A stretch of DNA of 10,786 nucleotides from an uncultured Myxococcales bacterium (lineage in GTDB: Bacteria > Myxococcota > UBA4151). Shown piece by piece: positions 7,014-10,786 of the stretch. Every line of letters starts with the position of its first letter. Positions within the stretch are counted from its first letter, which is position 1. Under the pieces are notes generated by a model. The model was not told the DNA's origin, did no database searches, and worked only from the letters and a program-made list of their open reading frames with translations. The stretch lies in the NCBI GenBank assembly GCA_964013405.1, contig CAXGWI010000122.1, positions 1 to 10,786 of the forward strand. The letters run 5' to 3'. Position numbers and translations under genes: made by a program.

Positions 7014-8011
7014 CGCTCACCGTAGTTGGCTTGGAGGTAGCTTTGGTAGGTGCCGGATTTGATACTTTCGATCCAATCCGCGTTGTCGAGGTACCACTGG
7101 ACCGTTGCGGTGAGACCGTCCTGCCATTGGATCATTGGATGCCACCCGAGTTCGGTCTCAATCTTCTGGGGATTGATCGCATACCGACGGTCATGGCCTG
7201 GCCGGTCGGCGACAAACTCGATGTTCACCGGCCGCCCGAGGGCCAGTCCAAGTTGTTCGACCACTTGCAGGTTGGTTAACTCGGCGCGGGCTCCGATGTT
7301 GTAGACCCCGCCAGCCTCGCCTCGCTCAAGGATCGCAAGGACCGCTCGGTTATGATCATCGACATGAATCCAGTCTCGGACCTGTTGGCCATCACCGTAC
7401 ATCGGGCAGGTCGCTCCCTCGAGGATTCGTCCGATCATAAAGGGGATCAGCTTTTCCGGGAACTGTCTGGGGCCGTAGTTGTTACAGCAGCGGGTGATCC
7501 GTACATCCTGGCCGTAGGTTCGAACGAAGGAGAGCCCAAAGTGATCTGCTGCAGCCTTGCTGGCTGAGTAGGGGCTTGAAGGGACGATGGGGTGTTGTTC
7601 TGTGAAGGCTGGATCCTCGGGCCCGAGATCGCCGTAGACCTCATCGGTGCTGATGATGACCATGGGTAGGTCTCGTGTTCTCGCCGCTTCGAGTAAGCGA
7701 TGGGTTCCCACCACGTTGGTTTGGACGAAGGCCGCACTCCCGAGGATCGACCGGTCGACATGGCTCTCCGCTGCGAGGTGTAAGATGGCATCCACGCCCT
7801 CGACAGCCTGGGCAACCATCGCCTCATCAGCGATATCGCCGACCATCAGTTCCACCGAGCCCGTGCCGAGCTGCGGTTCGAGATTGCCGGCGTGACCCGC
7901 ATAGGTCAGGGAGTCCAGAACCCGCACGGCCCAGTCGGGCCGTTCCCGGCCGAGCAAGTGGACAAGATTACTACCGATAAAGCCGGCAGCGCCCGTAACG
8001 AGAAGCCTCAC
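7010..8011 (-). CDS. rmlB: dTDP-glucose 4,6-dehydratase
   Basis: LVTGAAGFIGSN, LTYAG, HLAAESHVDRSI, STDEVYG, SPYSASKA, NNYGPRQFPEKLIP, DRPGHDRRYA. GTG start. Confidence 0.97.
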   Translation of the reverse strand: MRLLVTGAAGFIGSNLVHLLGRERPDWAVRVLDSLTYAGHAGNLEPQLGTGSVELMVGDIADEAMVAQAVEGVDAILHLAAESHVDRSILGSAAFVQTNVVGTHRLLEAARTRDLPMVIISTDEVYGDLGPEDPAFTEQHPIVPSSPYSASKAAADHFGLSFVRTYGQDVRITRCCNNYGPRQFPEKLIPFMIGRILEGATCPMYGDGQQVRDWIHVDDHNRAVLAILERGEAGGVYNIGARAELTNLQVVEQLGLALGRPVNIEFVADRPGHDRRYAINPQKIETELGWHPMIQWQDGLTATVQWYLDNADWIESIKSGTYQSYLQANYGER

Positions 8012-10221
8012 TCTGGCCTACACAAGCCCGTGTCACAGACCTCGCCAATGGCGCAGTCGTTCTCGTTCGCGCAGGGCTCTCGGTCCGTGCAAACAAAAGG
8101 TCCTCCTTGGGCCTGGGGCAAATCAAGCCACTCCTGAACTCGAGCTAGGCGCTCCGCAGTGAAGTCCGGGCCACCCATGGGCATCCGACTGCCGCAGAGG
8201 GCACCGCAGTCCATCGGCGCAGAGCCAGCACAGATCTCGGTATTCAGGCACTGTCCCCCGCCTGGTGTACATGCGAGGTCTCGTTCGCAACTGCCCGTGC
8301 AGCTGCCGCCATTGCAATCGCCATCGTCATCACAGGGACTGAAATCATTATCGCACAGGGCATTGCCACAGGTTTCAACCTCTAGGCACTCATCACCGCC
8401 TGGCGTGCAGTTCAGGTCACGCTGGCAAAAGCCCTCGCAACTGCCGCCGTCATTGCCGCAATCACCGTCGTTAGCGCAGGGGGCGAAACTCACGGAGCAC
8501 TGTAGGTTCATACAAGTCTGTGGTGCCTGGCATTCATTGCCGTCCGGTGTGCAGGTGGGCGGCGGACCCATGACCTGGTTCGGGTCTTCGCAAAAGCCCT
8601 CGCAGCGCCCACCGTTCTCGCAGTCGTCGTCGCTCTGACAGGGGCGCTCGAAATCATTGTTGCAGGTGATGCCTTTGTTGATCTGGACGGTGCCTTGGGT
8701 GTTCGCAAGCTTACGATAAAGGTAGCTGTTGAGGTGGTTGCCTTCTCCTTGATCAAGTCCGATGAGCGTGAGTTGGAAGCGGTTTTGGTGACCCTGCAAA
8801 CTCTCATAGAAGCTACGAGCGTTGGTCATATCCAGCAGCAGCCCACCGCTGGGGCTGTTGCCAGTGTGACAACCTGCGCAAGCCGCAAACACGCCATCGC
8901 GAAAGAGGTCGCAAATGGTTGAGCCCTCGAGTCTGCAGGCTTGGCTACAGCCGTCGTCAGCGATCACATTGCCGTCGTCGCAGTCTTCACCATCATCGAC
9001 GATTTCATCACCGCAGCGGGGTTCCGTACAGTCCTCGCGGCAGGCATTCGGCCGGTCGTCACTGTTGTCGTCGCCATCGTCGCAGGCTTCTTCACCGCCG
9101 GCGCGGACGTGCCCGTCGCCGCAGACGGCTCGCCGGCAGTCGTCGATGCACGCATCCGTGTTGTCGTCATTGCCGTCATCGCATTGCTCACCAGCTTCCA
9201 CATGACCGTTGCCACAGCCTATATCTTCACATTGCCCGTCTCGACAGACCTGTTCGGCACCGCAGGCCGGCGCACAATCCGCTTCGACCTCACAAGAGCC
9301 GCTACAGCCATCCCCATCGATGACGTTGCCGTCGTCACAATCCTCAACCCCCGCTTGGAGGTAGGAATCGCCACATCGAGCATTGGCACAGTTGCCGTTG
9401 GGGAGGTTCACACAGGCGTCCGTACGCACGTCATTACCGTCGTCACATTCCTCATCGGGATCCTGCCGGCCATCACCGCAGATCACTGGGCGGCAGACCA
9501 GTTCCCCAGCTTCTTCGAGACAAGCCTCACCATCGCCACAGGCCGGTGAACAATGCCGGACACAATCGGTGTCACAGCCGTCACTGTTGAGTAGGTTGCC
9601 ATCATCACAGGCCTCGTAGCCATCCTGGCCCGCTTCGAGGTCCGTCCGGTGAACGCCGTCTCCACATTCGGCGATGGTGCAGTCGTTGGTGCAAGCGTCG
9701 CCGGCTTCCTGATTGCCGTCGTCGCATTGTTCAGCACCTTCTCTCAGCCCATCGCCACAGCTAGGGTCCACGCATTCACCGTCCCTGCAGACTTGGTCCT
9801 GCGCACAAATCTCGTCGCATTCTTCGCCGCCTGCATCGACCGTCGGGGTTCCTCCATCCTCATCGGGAAGGCCACCGTCGGCCGGGGTGCTGCCACCGTC
9901 GCTGGGCGGAGCTCCCGCATCTCGTTGAGGTGCTGGGCCGCTATCAGCGGGGGGCGTAGTGCCCGCATCGCTTGAGCCCGCTTCGGGGGCTTGTGGACCG
10001 CCATCCACAGGCGGTTGGGGCGTTCCTGGCTGGCAGTTGCCGAAACCAGAGGGACGGAGGGCACAATAACGTTCACCCCACTCGCTGCCGATGACATCGG
10101 CGGCGCAATCCGCATCCGTGACACAGGGGGGCGGCTGTAGCTTTTCAGCGACGGGATCAAAGGGGGCAGGACAGGCGCTGGTGGCCAGTCCCGTCAGAAC
10201 GATGAGGTGGAGTCTGTTCAT
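8008..10221 (-). CDS. 737-aa Cys-rich predicted lipoprotein with myxobacterial disulfide repeats (DUF4215-like) and a split monoheme c-type cytochrome-like domain
   Basis: Signal peptide ending LATSA-C17, a Pro/Asp/Gly linker, seven CG(D/N)x..E.CDDG(N/D)..C...C repeats, CAGCH at aa 448-452, SYLYRKL, CGSRMPMGG (M680) and LARVQEW. I count 79 Cys by hand. Confidence 0.85.
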   Translation of the reverse strand: MNRLHLIVLTGLATSACPAPFDPVAEKLQPPPCVTDADCAADVIGSEWGERYCALRPSGFGNCQPGTPQPPVDGGPQAPEAGSSDAGTTPPADSGPAPQRDAGAPPSDGGSTPADGGLPDEDGGTPTVDAGGEECDEICAQDQVCRDGECVDPSCGDGLREGAEQCDDGNQEAGDACTNDCTIAECGDGVHRTDLEAGQDGYEACDDGNLLNSDGCDTDCVRHCSPACGDGEACLEEAGELVCRPVICGDGRQDPDEECDDGNDVRTDACVNLPNGNCANARCGDSYLQAGVEDCDDGNVIDGDGCSGSCEVEADCAPACGAEQVCRDGQCEDIGCGNGHVEAGEQCDDGNDDNTDACIDDCRRAVCGDGHVRAGGEEACDDGDDNSDDRPNACREDCTEPRCGDEIVDDGEDCDDGNVIADDGCSQACRLEGSTICDLFRDGVFAACAGCHTGNSPSGGLLLDMTNARSFYESLQGHQNRFQLTLIGLDQGEGNHLNSYLYRKLANTQGTVQINKGITCNNDFERPCQSDDDCENGGRCEGFCEDPNQVMGPPPTCTPDGNECQAPQTCMNLQCSVSFAPCANDGDCGNDGGSCEGFCQRDLNCTPGGDECLEVETCGNALCDNDFSPCDDDGDCNGGSCTGSCERDLACTPGGGQCLNTEICAGSAPMDCGALCGSRMPMGGPDFTAERLARVQEWLDLPQAQGGPFVCTDREPCANENDCAIGEVCDTGLCRPE
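8230..8664 (-). repeat. Three tandem 8-Cys units (about 48-55 aa period) inserted in the cytochrome-like domain
   Basis: Units start at C520, C575 and C623. An exact 15-nt DNA repeat GCAAAAGCCCTCGCA (encoding CEGFC) occurs at 8425-8439 and 8590-8604. Confidence 0.85.
8935..9819 (-). repeat. Protein-level repeat array: 7 CDDGN-type Cys repeats interleaved with 3 short 4-Cys modules
   Basis: aa 135-429. Examples are CAQDQVCRDGEC vs CGAEQVCRDGQC, and EDCDDGNVI.. occurring twice. Confidence 0.9.
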
Positions 10222-10784
10222 AAGAAGATTCCAATCAAGGCGACGGTAAGGCCGAAAGCGCCCAAGCTATAGCCAGCGGTGTTCAGCGTTCGGCCGAGGG
10301 CCGATTGGGCCGTTGCCTCTTGGAACTCGGTGCGTTCGGCGTCTTCCCACACGGCTTTACCGAGCAACCCTCGCCTCGTTTCATCGCCCGATAGGGTTTG
10401 AGTCAGGCCGAATGCGCCGGTGCCGAAGCCGACAACTGCGGCGCCAAGACCGCCAAACATCACCATCTCTCCTCGTTTGGAGAAGAGCCCCATGGGGCCT
10501 TTTTCTGATGGGGCGCTGGCCGCTGCTCCGTCGACAGCAACCGCCGGAGCTGCCTCCTGCGGTGGGGCAGCAGGTTCTTCTTTGGCCGTCTCAGTAGGCT
10601 CAGTTGTCGCCTCGTCCTGGACTTCTTCAGCCTTGGTTTTACTTTCGGCTTTTGCAGGCTCTTCCTTCGCTGGCTCTGGTTCCGGTGCCTCGACTTTTGC
10701 AGCCTCGGCTTCCTGCTTTTTCTTCTTCGCCTTCTTCTTCGCCTTCTTCTTCGCCTTCTTCTTCGCCTTCTTCTTCGCCTTCTT
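10218..10784 (-). CDS. 5'-truncated hypothetical protein: KKKA repeats, Glu/Pro/Ala-rich linker and two C-terminal Gly-rich hydrophobic helices
   Basis: The frame of ORF 10218..10493 stays open to the window end: KKA(KKKA)4KKKKQEAEAAKVEAPEPEPAKEE...SEKGPMGLFSKRGEMVMFGGLGAAVVGFGTGAFGL...AGYSLGAFGLTVALIGIFL. Its stop overlaps the lipoprotein ATG (ATGA). Confidence 0.8.
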   Translation of the reverse strand, partial: KKAKKKAKKKAKKKAKKKAKKKKQEAEAAKVEAPEPEPAKEEPAKAESKTKAEEVQDEATTEPTETAKEEPAAPPQEAAPAVAVDGAAASAPSEKGPMGLFSKRGEMVMFGGLGAAVVGFGTGAFGLTQTLSGDETRRGLLGKAVWEDAERTEFQEATAQSALGRTLNTAGYSLGAFGLTVALIGIFL

Positions 10785-10786
10785 CT
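10720..10786 (-). repeat. 12-nt perfect coding tandem repeat GCGAAGAAGAAG (AKKK), more than 5 copies, cut by the window edge
   Basis: GCG codons at 10728-30, 10740-42, 10752-54, 10764-66 and 10776-78, separated by (AAG)3. Confidence 0.95.

Noticed and set aside
3510..8011. Link between dTDP-rhamnose genes and arginine via EarP/EF-P rhamnosylation
   Set aside because: No earP or efp is in the window, and ArgRS is not part of that pathway.
8690..8830. Locally lower GC inside the lipoprotein gene as a sign of foreign DNA
   Set aside because: The stretch is short and is explained by N/Y/F/L/K-rich globular sequence compared with the G/D/C/P-rich repeats.
8159..9975. Long + strand ORFs opposite the lipoprotein gene (also those opposite prs, argS and rmlB)
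   Set aside because: These are typical antisense shadow ORFs of GC-rich, repetitive coding sequence and show no recognisable motifs.
10491..10510. Frameshift between the KKKA/linker region and the hydrophobic C-terminus
   Set aside because: Counting the five T at 10500-10504 shows the frame is continuous (TCA GAA AAA GGC CCC ATG).

Overview
GC-rich bacterial chromosomal segment, most likely from a Myxococcota/deltaproteobacterial genome (inferred from the myxobacterial Cys-rich repeats). The + strand carries the 3' end of an unknown gene with an 18-nt SDEP repeat, then tRNA-Gln(TTG), prs, rplY (long CTC-type bL25) and pth. The - strand carries one gap-free run of eight overlapping genes: a partial KKKA-repeat membrane-anchored protein, a 737-aa Cys-rich lipoprotein, rmlB, rmlD, a small cupin, an exported peroxiredoxin-fold protein with no catalytic Cys, argS and a SPOR-domain protein whose stop codon overlaps that of pth. 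The most notable feature is the lipoprotein. It appears to hold a monoheme c-type cytochrome domain (CAGCH ... RMP ... W) split by a ~150-aa insertion of three 8-Cys repeats and placed after a long disulfide-repeat stalk. Both window ends stop inside coding tandem repeats. I saw no mobile element or CRISPR array. All family assignments are by eye and no searches were run.
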